DNA of 63,846 nt, filler included, from Gemmatimonadota bacterium (GTDB lineage: Bacteria; 4572-55; J002), in the NCBI GenBank assembly GCA_003697105.1. It is 5 parts of 5 records of this genome, joined end to end, with 100 filler letters (N's around TTAATTAATTAA, not from the genome) between each part and the next. Parts side by side here need not be neighbours in the genome. Positions count along the whole stretch, not along the records: positions 43,325 to 57,765 come from RFFQ01000018.1; 4 more parts are not named here. One strand, given 5' to 3'. Shown piece by piece: positions 46,751 through 56,001 of the stretch. Each line of letters begins with the position of its first letter. The stretch's first letter is position 1. A program made the position numbers and the translations under genes. Under the pieces are notes generated by a model. That model was not told where the DNA came from. It saw only the letters and a list, made by a program, of their open reading frames with translations, and ran no database searches.

Positions 46751-48016
46751 ATGAGAACGGTCTGTCTTCTCTGTTTTAGCTTGATGATGGCGACCGCCTA
46801 TGCCGGCACGCCGTTTCGACCCCAAGCTCACGAGGGGAGGGTCTCTCAACGGGCACTTGACCTGCAAGTGCAGATTCAACCGGATCGGGCAATACCTGAC
46901 CAATTTCCGTTGGAAACCGGTTACCGCGCCACGGAAATGCGCGGTCAGGAATGGCAAAATAATCAGTGGCAGGAGGCGTGGCGGTATTTGTACAGCTACA
47001 ATACCGAAGACCAACTGGTGCAGACCATGTTACAACTCTGGTATCAAGGTGTCTGGTATGATTACCAACGCTATACGTATAGCTATGATGACGAGGGGAA
47101 TCGCACCCAAACTCGGGTGGAAACGCTGGAAGGCACGGAGTGGAATAACACCGAACGCTATCAATACAGCTTTGATGCCAACCACCGCTGGTCGGCAACC
47201 CTCTATCAGGTATGGGAATCCAACGTCTGGGTCAATTCTTGGCGAGAAAGTTATACCTATGACCATGACGGCACCTGGATTGAAACCTTCGTGGTGGTTT
47301 GGTACGAAAACACATGGATCAATTACGAAAAATACCGGTACACCTACAATGATGAAGACCAATGGATTGAAACGTTGAATCAAGCATGGCTGGAGTTCGA
47401 TTGGGTCAATCAATGGCAGGAATTATATCACTACGGAGATACCGGGTTGTGGACGGAAACACAGGTGCTGTTGTGGGAAGATAACCAATGGCTTAATGAT
47501 TGGCGTTGGAGTTACAGCTATGATGACGAGGGCTACCCCGATCAAACCATTGGGCAGGATTGGGTAGATGAGTGGGTTAATGAGACCCGCTACCGTTATG
47601 AATACGATACCAACTCTAATCTGAACACCAAATTGATTCAAACGTGGGAAAACAACCAATGGGAAAACTCCGAACAATATCTTTATACCTACGAAGAATA
47701 CACGGCGGTTCCACTTGATCCGGAGGTATTCGTACCGGAGCAATCCCGATTCGTGGCGTATCCCAACCCGTTTAATCCCACAACGACCATCGAATTTGAC
47801 CTGCCCCAAGCGGGAACGGTCACCTTGCAGATTTTTGATGTGCGGGGCTATCTGGTAGCATCTTTGATTGCCAATCAGTTTTATAATGCCGGCTCATATC
47901 GTGTGCGGTGGGATGGTACTGGTGATACCCATCGTCTGCTACCCGCCGGAGTGTATACCGCTCGACTTCGCACGCCGTTTACCACGCAAACCATCCCCCT
48001 GATCGGGATGAAGTAA
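46751..48016 (+). CDS. Secreted Trp/Tyr-rich repeat protein with C-terminal FlgD-Ig/T9SS-like sorting domain
   Basis: Signal peptide, about 8-9 repeats of about 29 aa (W....RY.Y.YD..G....T...W), AYPNPFNPTTTIEF...WDG tail. Confidence 0.85.
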   Translation: MRTVCLLCFSLMMATAYAGTPFRPQAHEGRVSQRALDLQVQIQPDRAIPDQFPLETGYRATEMRGQEWQNNQWQEAWRYLYSYNTEDQLVQTMLQLWYQGVWYDYQRYTYSYDDEGNRTQTRVETLEGTEWNNTERYQYSFDANHRWSATLYQVWESNVWVNSWRESYTYDHDGTWIETFVVVWYENTWINYEKYRYTYNDEDQWIETLNQAWLEFDWVNQWQELYHYGDTGLWTETQVLLWEDNQWLNDWRWSYSYDDEGYPDQTIGQDWVDEWVNETRYRYEYDTNSNLNTKLIQTWENNQWENSEQYLYTYEEYTAVPLDPEVFVPEQSRFVAYPNPFNPTTTIEFDLPQAGTVTLQIFDVRGYLVASLIANQFYNAGSYRVRWDGTGDTHRLLPAGVYTARLRTPFTTQTIPLIGMK

Positions 48017-48032
48017 CCTTTAGGGAGGGATA

Positions 48033-48665
48033 ATGAAACGGATTGCCGGGCGAGTTATCGTTATCGTGATGATGTTCACCCAGTCCGCCCTCGGACTCAC
48101 GGGCGAGGAGATCAAAACAGCTTACGAGCGTTCCTACACCTATGAAAAAATCCAAGATTATCAAAATGCGATTAAAGCGATGTTGGCTGTCTTTAATGCC
48201 TACCCGGAAGGTTATACCGTCAATGTGCGGTTGGGTTGGCTCTATTATCTGAATCAAAATTATGCCAACGCTATCGATCATTATCAAAAAGCGATGAAAA
48301 CCGCGCCTTATGCGGCAGAAGCAAAGTTGGGATATTTATTACCGCTATTGGCACAGGGCAAATATAGCGAGGTGGAAAAAATCGCTTATCAAATTCTAAC
48401 CATTGATTATTACAATTATTACGCGAATTTACGATTAGCCCTTGCCCTACGGATGCAGGAGAAGTACGATCTGGCACAAACCGTCGTAGAACGGATGTTG
48501 TTGCTCTACCCGACGGATGTTCCCTTTTTGGTGGAACAGGCGCTGGTTAAACAGGCACAAGATGATCCGGAAGCCGCTACGGCCATCTTTTGGGATGTAC
48601 TCATTTTAGACCCCGAAAATGTAACCGCCAAAATGTATTTTCAACAAATGGATGCGCCCGAATGA
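48033..48665 (+). CDS. Periplasmic TPR protein
   Basis: Signal peptide, RLGWLYYLNQNYANAIDHYQKA and similar repeats; GGAGG RBS. Confidence 0.88.
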   Translation: MKRIAGRVIVIVMMFTQSALGLTGEEIKTAYERSYTYEKIQDYQNAIKAMLAVFNAYPEGYTVNVRLGWLYYLNQNYANAIDHYQKAMKTAPYAAEAKLGYLLPLLAQGKYSEVEKIAYQILTIDYYNYYANLRLALALRMQEKYDLAQTVVERMLLLYPTDVPFLVEQALVKQAQDDPEAATAIFWDVLILDPENVTAKMYFQQMDAPE

Positions 48666-49348
48666 GCGACTATCACATCAATATTTTTTACGATGATGCG
48701 GCGCGGGTCTATGTGGCGGACATCCCCGACCTGCCCAATTGTTCCGCTACCGGATCGACGCCGGCAGACGCCTTGGCAAACGTTGAACGGAAAAAACAGG
48801 CTTGGTTGAACACCGCTAAAGCGCAAAATTTACCCTTGCCGCCACCGGTCTATCGCCCTTCTCGCTATACCTTGGAGATTGTGCCCGCCCGGGAAGAGCA
48901 TCTCCCCGCCGTTATTCCCATCTGGCAAGAATTTATGGCGTATCATGCCGAAATTGATCCCTATTTTGCACCCAAACCCCGTGGCGAAGTGGAATTTGAA
49001 ACCCATTTGAAAACCCTGATCCATGCCCCCCAAGCACACGTCCTCGTGGCGGTGGATCGGGATCAGGTGGTGGGGTATGCCATTGCGGAGATATATCATT
49101 ATTCGCCGGTGTTTGCGCACCAACAGTACGGCTTTATCTCGGAAGTTGCCATCAGCCAGCCCTCCCGCGGGCGGGGAATTGGGCAGAAATTGGTCGCGCG
49201 CATCTATGATTGGTTCCGCGAACACGAGATTGAACGGGTCGAACTGCGAGTCTTTAGTGCCAACCGGAGCGCCTATCAATTTTGGCAAAAACAAGGTTTT
49301 CAGCCTTACCTCGAAGTGATGTACCGGAATTTGCAACCGGAAAAATGA
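48662..49348 (+). CDS. HicB-like domain fused to a GNAT acetyltransferase
   Basis: YVADIPDLPNCSATGSTPADAL...W...LPLPPP (HicB N-domain), then SRGRGIGQKL and NRSAYQFWQKQGF (GNAT); ATGA overlap with the TPR gene. Confidence 0.85.
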   Translation: MSDYHINIFYDDAARVYVADIPDLPNCSATGSTPADALANVERKKQAWLNTAKAQNLPLPPPVYRPSRYTLEIVPAREEHLPAVIPIWQEFMAYHAEIDPYFAPKPRGEVEFETHLKTLIHAPQAHVLVAVDRDQVVGYAIAEIYHYSPVFAHQQYGFISEVAISQPSRGRGIGQKLVARIYDWFREHEIERVELRVFSANRSAYQFWQKQGFQPYLEVMYRNLQPEK

Positions 49349-49394
49349 CTCACTCCCTGTTTTTATGTCACTGAATGTACCATTTAAGGAGGTT

Positions 49395-51425
49395 ATGATG
49401 GTGTCTTTCCCTCAGTTGAGGCAGAGTTTTGCACTCGTGATGGTGTTGATGGCGCTTGCCGGTGCACAAGATGAGTTACCGGTGATCGACCCAGCCACGT
49501 TGGGCTATGAACCCTACCTGAGCTATATTGGCAATGCGTTTAGTATCGAGCAAATTCAGCAATCGATTATGCCGGAAGGCACGGAAAAAGGCTTAATCGT
49601 AGATTTAACCCACCTGACCCGAACATTGGATCAAACCGAGATCGACCCCACCCACATTTATGGAATGATATACACCGGTCCCTATCCCTTTGAAGCAAAT
49701 GAAGTGCGGTATATCTACAAGCGCTTTCGGACATACGAATCGATTGACAACGGCAAAGGGCTGGTCTCGCTTTACCGGTTTCAACGGGATAAATATAATA
49801 GCGAGGGGGCGGCATGGTTGAAATCCGGTCAAGTGGCAGTGCGTTTGGTGCTTTATCTGGAGCAAGCCGGTAAAGATGATATTTTGGGAATATACGACAC
49901 ATTTGCCAATTTTATTTGGGATGGCGCGACCTACCATAAAGCCCCCACCCTCTATGAGGGACCCTTTGTCAGCATGATTCACAGTGGCGATCCGTCCCGG
50001 CTGGTCATCGCCTTTAAGGTGGATCGACCGGTGACTCCCACCGTGGTGGTGGAAGGTCTCGGTGAATTTAGCGGTACGTCCGGTAATCCCCTGTATGAAA
50101 TTGAAATCAGCGGGTTACAACCGGATCAGGAATATCGCTATTTTATTCAGATTGGTGACGCGGTGCGAACAAAATCGTTTACCTTTAAAACCGCTCCCAA
50201 AGCAGGCTCGCGGGCACCGGTTCGATTTGCTTATGCCGGCGATAGCCGCGAAGGGATCGGTGAAGGTGAGCACAATTTGATGGGTATCAATGCCGCCATT
50301 GTGGAACGCCAGTTTAACCAAGCATATCAATTCGGTACGGACTTCTTTTTGTTTGGGGGGGACTTGATCAACGGGTACACCTCCAGCGTCGAAGATTTTC
50401 GCACCCAAATTCATGCGTGGAAACAAGCCGCCGCCGGATATATGGCAGAACGTCCGGTTTATCCGGCAATTGGCAATCATGAGTCGTTGTTAAATCGGTT
50501 TCGCCGACCGGATAACCATCGAGACCGCATCCAACTCGACCGGTGGCCCTACGAGACCGAAAGCGCCGAAGCGGTTTTCGGGCAAGAGTTTGTCAATCCG
50601 ACCAATGCGCCGGAACGTTCCGATCCACGTCGCCCCCCGTATGCGGAAAATGTGTATTCCTTCCAGTATGGGAATATCAAATGTATCACCTTTAACAATA
50701 ATTATTGGGTCGCGTGGACTCCAGAAGTTTCCGGAGGTGCGCCGGAAGCCTATATCATGGCCGATCAGATGGCGTGGTTGGCACAGGAACTTGCCGCGGC
50801 GGAGGCAGATGAGACCGTCGATTACGTGATTTTATTCGCTCAAGAACCTATTTTTCCTAACGGCGGTCATGTGAAAGATGCCATGTGGTATCATGGTGAT
50901 AACAACGTGCGCGCCTACACGTATGTTGCCGGACAAGGATTAGTACCAGCGGAAAAGGGGATTATTGAAGTCCGTAATGACTTTGTGCGGTTGGTGGCAC
51001 GTCACCGCAAAGTCGCGGCGGTGCTTACGTCCGACGAGCACAATTACAGCAAAATACTAATCGATAAGACGGTTCCCATTGGGGATATAGTGACGGATGA
51101 CCCCAACGGCAATCAGATTATCTGCGAAACGGGCGAGGGATGTTCGCCGTTAAAGGACTTGCCGTATCCGGTCTGGTATCTGACCTGTGGGGGTGCGGGC
51201 GCGCCGTTCTATGCCCAAGAAGATACCCCGTGGAATCAATATTGGCAGGACCACCCCACGAACTGCCCGGATGAAAGTGAATGTTTTGTGTTTTCTTCCC
51301 AATTTAACTTCTTTCTGTTTGAAACCAGTGATGCGGGTCTGAGCCTAGAGGTCTGGACACCTTACGGCGAACGCATCGACCGGATTGAAAATCTCATGGA
51401 TGTAAAATCTGTGAAAACAGACTAA
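49395..51425 (+). CDS. Secreted metallophosphoesterase (purple acid phosphatase-like, FN3 plus calcineurin-like)
   Basis: Signal peptide, GLQPDQEYRY FN3, AGDSR, GGDLING, GNHE, GGAGAP; AAGGAGG RBS. Confidence 0.85.
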   Translation: MMVSFPQLRQSFALVMVLMALAGAQDELPVIDPATLGYEPYLSYIGNAFSIEQIQQSIMPEGTEKGLIVDLTHLTRTLDQTEIDPTHIYGMIYTGPYPFEANEVRYIYKRFRTYESIDNGKGLVSLYRFQRDKYNSEGAAWLKSGQVAVRLVLYLEQAGKDDILGIYDTFANFIWDGATYHKAPTLYEGPFVSMIHSGDPSRLVIAFKVDRPVTPTVVVEGLGEFSGTSGNPLYEIEISGLQPDQEYRYFIQIGDAVRTKSFTFKTAPKAGSRAPVRFAYAGDSREGIGEGEHNLMGINAAIVERQFNQAYQFGTDFFLFGGDLINGYTSSVEDFRTQIHAWKQAAAGYMAERPVYPAIGNHESLLNRFRRPDNHRDRIQLDRWPYETESAEAVFGQEFVNPTNAPERSDPRRPPYAENVYSFQYGNIKCITFNNNYWVAWTPEVSGGAPEAYIMADQMAWLAQELAAAEADETVDYVILFAQEPIFPNGGHVKDAMWYHGDNNVRAYTYVAGQGLVPAEKGIIEVRNDFVRLVARHRKVAAVLTSDEHNYSKILIDKTVPIGDIVTDDPNGNQIICETGEGCSPLKDLPYPVWYLTCGGAGAPFYAQEDTPWNQYWQDHPTNCPDESECFVFSSQFNFFLFETSDAGLSLEVWTPYGERIDRIENLMDVKSVKTD

Positions 51426-51481
51426 GCAAAAAGCTGCGATGACGAACCTGTTCCCTCCAATTTGAGGTCAGTACGGTTACT

Positions 51482-51530
51482 AAGGTGTCAAGACCCCTTG
51501 CTACCAAAAGTAAGGCATCTTGACACCTTT
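51482..51530 (+). terminator. Hairpin after the operon (terminator or REP-like palindrome)
   Basis: AAGGTGTCAAGA / TCTTGACACCTT 12-bp arms with further inner pairing. Confidence 0.6.
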
Positions 51531-51756
51531 AAAATTTAACCCATTCTTACTCTGATCCAAACCAAATCCTCATTTAATTCCCACCGGTTCTAAACATCCA
51601 CTTGCGATTCAGTTTACCGATCCGGTAAGTGGTGTGGTTTTCCCTTTATCAAAAGTGAACTGATGCTCAAAATCTGCCAAGATAGGGTTACCATTGTTTT
51701 ATCATTGATTTAATTCATAAAATTATATATCTACAGGCTCGGAAAGGAAGACCCCC

Positions 51757-52947
51757 ATGAAAATTGCCTATTTTACTGAGAGTTTACCTCCGAAAACCGA
51801 CGGGGTTGCCAAAAGTTTGACCAAACTGGCAGAAACCCTATTGCAACGTGAGATTGATTTCCGGTTTTATTGCCCGGCGAAGCCCGATGAAACGGTCGCT
51901 TGGCACCATCGAGTCCGTAAAGTGGTCTCTGTACCGTTTCCGCTGTACAGCTATTATGATATTGCCCTGCCAATGTTTGACCGGCTTGAACCGGAACTGG
52001 ATGAATTTGCCCCGGAAATTGTCCATGTTGCCAGCCCGACGTTGCTCGGTATTTTTGGGCAAGATTATGCTCGCCGGAGGCATATTCCGGTGGTGGGCAG
52101 TTTCCACACCAACTTTGTCTCGTATTTTCGTTATTACAACATTCAGTTTGCGGAACAATTCGGTTGGAATATCCTGCGCTGGTTTTACGGGCGGTGTGCG
52201 GTGGTCTATGCCCCATCCCGAAGCACTGCCGCCGATTTAGCTGCCCACGGGATTGGCAACGTGGAACTTTGGCAACGAGGTATTGAATTGGAACGCTTTT
52301 CGCCCCACTTACGAGATATGGAATTGCGCCGTTCTATCGGGGCAGAACATATCCCCATTGTGCTCTTTGTTGCTCGCTTGGTTAAAGAAAAGGATTTAGA
52401 TGATCTGATGGCGGCGGCGGAACTGCTAACGTCTTGGGGACATACCTTTAAGGTGGTGTTTGTCGGTGATGGTCCCTATCGTTCGGAGATTGAACAACGC
52501 TTGCCGGATGCCTATATCGCCGGATTTCAGTATGGAGAAGATTTAGCCCGCTGGTATGCCTCTGCTGATATTTTCGCCTTTCCTTCTACGACCGAAACTT
52601 TTGGTAATGTGATTTTGGAAGCCTTTGCCTCCGGTCTTCCGGTGGTGACGGTCAACAAAGGGGGTGTTCAGGATTTAGTCACTTCCGGTTTGAATGGATA
52701 CATTGCACAGGCAAATAATCCGCTGGATTTTGCTGAAAAAATTCAACTCCTGCTTGCCGATGAAGACCATCGCCGGACACTCGGTCAAAACGGGCTTAAA
52801 ACCGCCCGTAATTTCAGTTGGGACCGGATCAACGGGGCACTTATTGAGAGCTACCAACGGGTTATTGAAGTGCATCAGGACGCGTCACTCGCCACGGAAA
52901 CCTACCAGCCACCGACGGGATTGGTAGATAAAAAGAAGGCTTTTTAG
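51757..52947 (+). CDS. GT4 family glycosyltransferase (MgtA/PimB-like)
   Basis: FTESLPPKTDGV, SFHTNF, ARLVKEK, FPSTTETFGNVILEAFASGLP. Confidence 0.92.
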   Translation: MKIAYFTESLPPKTDGVAKSLTKLAETLLQREIDFRFYCPAKPDETVAWHHRVRKVVSVPFPLYSYYDIALPMFDRLEPELDEFAPEIVHVASPTLLGIFGQDYARRRHIPVVGSFHTNFVSYFRYYNIQFAEQFGWNILRWFYGRCAVVYAPSRSTAADLAAHGIGNVELWQRGIELERFSPHLRDMELRRSIGAEHIPIVLFVARLVKEKDLDDLMAAAELLTSWGHTFKVVFVGDGPYRSEIEQRLPDAYIAGFQYGEDLARWYASADIFAFPSTTETFGNVILEAFASGLPVVTVNKGGVQDLVTSGLNGYIAQANNPLDFAEKIQLLLADEDHRRTLGQNGLKTARNFSWDRINGALIESYQRVIEVHQDASLATETYQPPTGLVDKKKAF

Positions 52948-52954
52948 GGGTTTT

Positions 52955-54121
52955 ATGAAAATTTGTGACATCACTCACGCCTACACCCCCAGTAGTGGAG
53001 GCATTCGCACCTACATTGATGCCAAACGGCAGTATATTGAACGTCACACGGATGGGGAACATCTGCTGATCATTCCCGGAGCAACAGATCGTGTCAGTCG
53101 GGAGGGTCGTCTCACCTGTTATGAAGTCAAATCTCCCCTGATTCCAAACTGCGAACCGTACCGCTTTTTTCTGCGGTTGGGTCGTCTGGTCACTATTTTA
53201 CGCCACGAGAAACCGGCGCTGATCGAATTTGGCACGCCGTACACCTCCCCGTGGGCGGCAGTTATCCATCGCTGGCAACATACCTGCGCCCTTGTGGGCT
53301 ATTACCACACGGATTTTCCGACGGCTTACGTCGAACCTGTCATTGCGAAAGTCTTAGGGGATTTTTGGGGGACGCCTGCCCGGGCATTGGCAGTCAATTA
53401 CATTCGCTCGGTCTATAACCGCTGTGATGCGATTATCACGTCATCAGACCAATACTACGAAAAACTAGCAGAATACCGGATTGAACCGGTACATTACATC
53501 ACGTTGGGAGTCGATTTGGAGACCTTCAACCCGCGCCGGCGAGACCCTCACTTACGGCAGGAATTGGGTGTGGCAGAAGACGGATTTTTGCTGGTGTATG
53601 CCGGGCGCTTTGATAGCGAAAAAAAGGTCGATGTGATTGTGGATGCGGTGTACCAGTTACCGGCTACTCTGCCGGTCAAATTGGTACTGATCGGTGAGGG
53701 ACCCATGAAGCCGGAATTGCTCCGCCGGGCGGAAATGGATGACCGGCTCTCCATCTTGCCCTTCCAATCCGATAAACGCGCGTTAGCATCCTTGCTGGCT
53801 TCGGCAGATGTGTATGTCACCGCCGGTCCTTACGAAACATTTGGGTTATCGGTTATTGAGGCGCAAGCTTGCGGTCTGCCGGTGGTGGGTGTCAATGCCG
53901 GTGCGTTGACCGAACGGGTTCCGGCAGGAATAGGCTTTTTGGGGGCGGTGGATTCTTCGGAAGAGATGGCAAAAAACATCCTACGGGTGATCCACCACCC
54001 GCACCGCCACGAAATGGGGCAAAAGGCGCGTGAGTGGGTGGCCGCTCGTTTTTCATGGGATAAAACGTTTCGTGCCACATTTGATCTGTATAGCGAATTG
54101 GTTAGCGGTTTCCAGTTTTAG
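52955..54121 (+). CDS. GT4 family glycosyltransferase
   Basis: SGGIRTY, YHTDFP, AGRFDSEK, ETFGLSVIEAQACGLP. Confidence 0.92.
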   Translation: MKICDITHAYTPSSGGIRTYIDAKRQYIERHTDGEHLLIIPGATDRVSREGRLTCYEVKSPLIPNCEPYRFFLRLGRLVTILRHEKPALIEFGTPYTSPWAAVIHRWQHTCALVGYYHTDFPTAYVEPVIAKVLGDFWGTPARALAVNYIRSVYNRCDAIITSSDQYYEKLAEYRIEPVHYITLGVDLETFNPRRRDPHLRQELGVAEDGFLLVYAGRFDSEKKVDVIVDAVYQLPATLPVKLVLIGEGPMKPELLRRAEMDDRLSILPFQSDKRALASLLASADVYVTAGPYETFGLSVIEAQACGLPVVGVNAGALTERVPAGIGFLGAVDSSEEMAKNILRVIHHPHRHEMGQKAREWVAARFSWDKTFRATFDLYSELVSGFQF

Positions 54122-54245
54122 CCGTAAAACAGGTTACGAAAAAGGTGGTTTCTATGTTGTAAAAACAGGGGTTAACTCAGTTGTCATCTTTCCAATAATT
54201 TGATGATTTATTATAATTTGCATACCTAACCTAGGGAGTAAATGT

Positions 54246-55940
54246 TTGAAAACGAAGGCCTTAACCTTCAATCTACTACTAATACTAGCCGCGTACCAAT
54301 GGGTTTGGTCCCAAAGTAGTTACATTAATGTTGACGTTGATATTGGAAATAGTCAACTTGTTGTAACGGGTCGAGGTCACACTCAGGGGTCACCCGCTGT
54401 TACAGTTGAACCTCAAGACTATTGTGACTGGAATGGTACCCCACCTATGGACGAGGTTTGGTTACATTTGGATTTTAGGAAAGAAGGGCATATGAATCAT
54501 ACCCCTCCGGTTTTCATTGATAGTTGTGAAGACGAATATTACTTTGGACCTGAAAGTGAACATCATGATACATGGTTAGCCGGAAGAATTGATTATACTT
54601 CCGGTCAACAAACCGCTATATTTGAATACAGACTAAACTTTCGGCCAGAAGGCTTACCAGGGGGTGCTACGGATTACGATAGTGGTGTTTCGCTGGAATA
54701 TCCAGCATTAACACCTTTATCTTCAGTTGTTCGGTGTACGGAATTCTATGGAAACTTCGATGCGGTCTATCTTCGTGATCACACGGTCTCTGTCCTAGAA
54801 TACAATCATATTCACGACAATCGCCGGAACGGGGTTGCGGGATCACGCAGTGGAGGAATCATTCAAACTCTCAGAACTAATACATTCGCGAATAATATGG
54901 GTACTGAGATTTTGGCATGGGAACATGTTTTTCGACAAATGACCAATGGCAACAATCAGATTACGGATGTGGAAGATTCCCCCGGTTACGATCACTATTT
55001 ACTGCTCATGGTTGGTTGGGATGGTATTACTCCGGTTGATGTTCGAGGCAACAATTTTACGTATGACGATAACCCCGAACGATTTTATCCGAGTTACGAA
55101 GCCTTTATTTTTGATGAAGGCGGTGGCAGTGGCGACGAAGAACTGCTTCTGCAAGCCGGTGTTGCCCAAATGAACGAACAGCAATACGAATCCGCCGCCG
55201 GAACATTTCAGCAATTGATTGAGACATATCCGGCGACTTCGGAAGCACGGACAGGTTTGAATTATCTTTATTTTATCGAAAACTATACTGAACAGGATTT
55301 TGCTGCTTTGCGCGATTATATGACAAGTCTGGATGTGGGAGATAATTCCCTAATGCTGGCATTGATCGAAGAGATCGAGACCAAAACGTATCGGGATGAA
55401 AGGGACTATCTAACGGCAATTGAACGATTGGAAGCCATCATTGCCAACCCGCCAGATGAGGAAACGTTGTTGTACGCGCTGATCGATGAAGCATACTGCT
55501 ACCTGCGGTTAGAAGAAGGGGGCGGTTTGCGGTCAGCAAAGCCGCAGTGCAGCGTTCAACCTCAATCCTATGAGGAATATCAGGATATTACGCGAGAACT
55601 CCGAAAAGAACTCGCTCAATTACAAAGGTTTGTGGAACAAGGAAACACTCAAACCCAAACTCCTGAATCCTATTCCCTAACGGTATATCCGAACCCATTT
55701 AATCCACGCACCACCATTCATTTTGACTTGTCTCAGTCGGGTGAAGTGTCGCTAAAGATTTATGATTTAACCGGGCGGCTGGTTCGTGTTCTCGTCAGCG
55801 AAACAAGAGAAGCAGGCTCTTATTCTGCCAGTTGGTACGGCACTGATGAGCAAAATCAAGAAATGCCTTCCGGCATCTACATTCTGCATCTGGAAACAGA
55901 TCATCATAGTCAGTCTAAACCCTTGATCTTGTTAAAATAG
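54246..55940 (+). CDS. Secreted protein: short beta-helix segment, TPR-like helices, FlgD-Ig/T9SS-like C-terminal domain
   Basis: AGGGAG RBS before TTG, signal peptide, HIHDNRRNGV, FQQLIETYP, YPNPFNPRTTIHF tail. Confidence 0.78.
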   Translation: MKTKALTFNLLLILAAYQWVWSQSSYINVDVDIGNSQLVVTGRGHTQGSPAVTVEPQDYCDWNGTPPMDEVWLHLDFRKEGHMNHTPPVFIDSCEDEYYFGPESEHHDTWLAGRIDYTSGQQTAIFEYRLNFRPEGLPGGATDYDSGVSLEYPALTPLSSVVRCTEFYGNFDAVYLRDHTVSVLEYNHIHDNRRNGVAGSRSGGIIQTLRTNTFANNMGTEILAWEHVFRQMTNGNNQITDVEDSPGYDHYLLLMVGWDGITPVDVRGNNFTYDDNPERFYPSYEAFIFDEGGGSGDEELLLQAGVAQMNEQQYESAAGTFQQLIETYPATSEARTGLNYLYFIENYTEQDFAALRDYMTSLDVGDNSLMLALIEEIETKTYRDERDYLTAIERLEAIIANPPDEETLLYALIDEAYCYLRLEEGGGLRSAKPQCSVQPQSYEEYQDITRELRKELAQLQRFVEQGNTQTQTPESYSLTVYPNPFNPRTTIHFDLSQSGEVSLKIYDLTGRLVRVLVSETREAGSYSASWYGTDEQNQEMPSGIYILHLETDHHSQSKPLILLK

Positions 55941-55949
55941 ATAACCACT

Positions 55950-55989
55950 AAACCGCACAGGTTTTATCTACCTGTGCGGTTTTTCTTTT
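55950..55989 (+). terminator. Intrinsic terminator
   Basis: AAACCGCACAGGT / ACCTGTGCGGTTT then T-rich tail. Confidence 0.8.
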
Positions 55990-56001
55990 GAAGGGAAATA
56001 C

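Noticed and set aside
46751-48016. RHS/YD polymorphic toxin
   Set aside because: Too short, with no DPxG core end, toxin domain or immunity gene.
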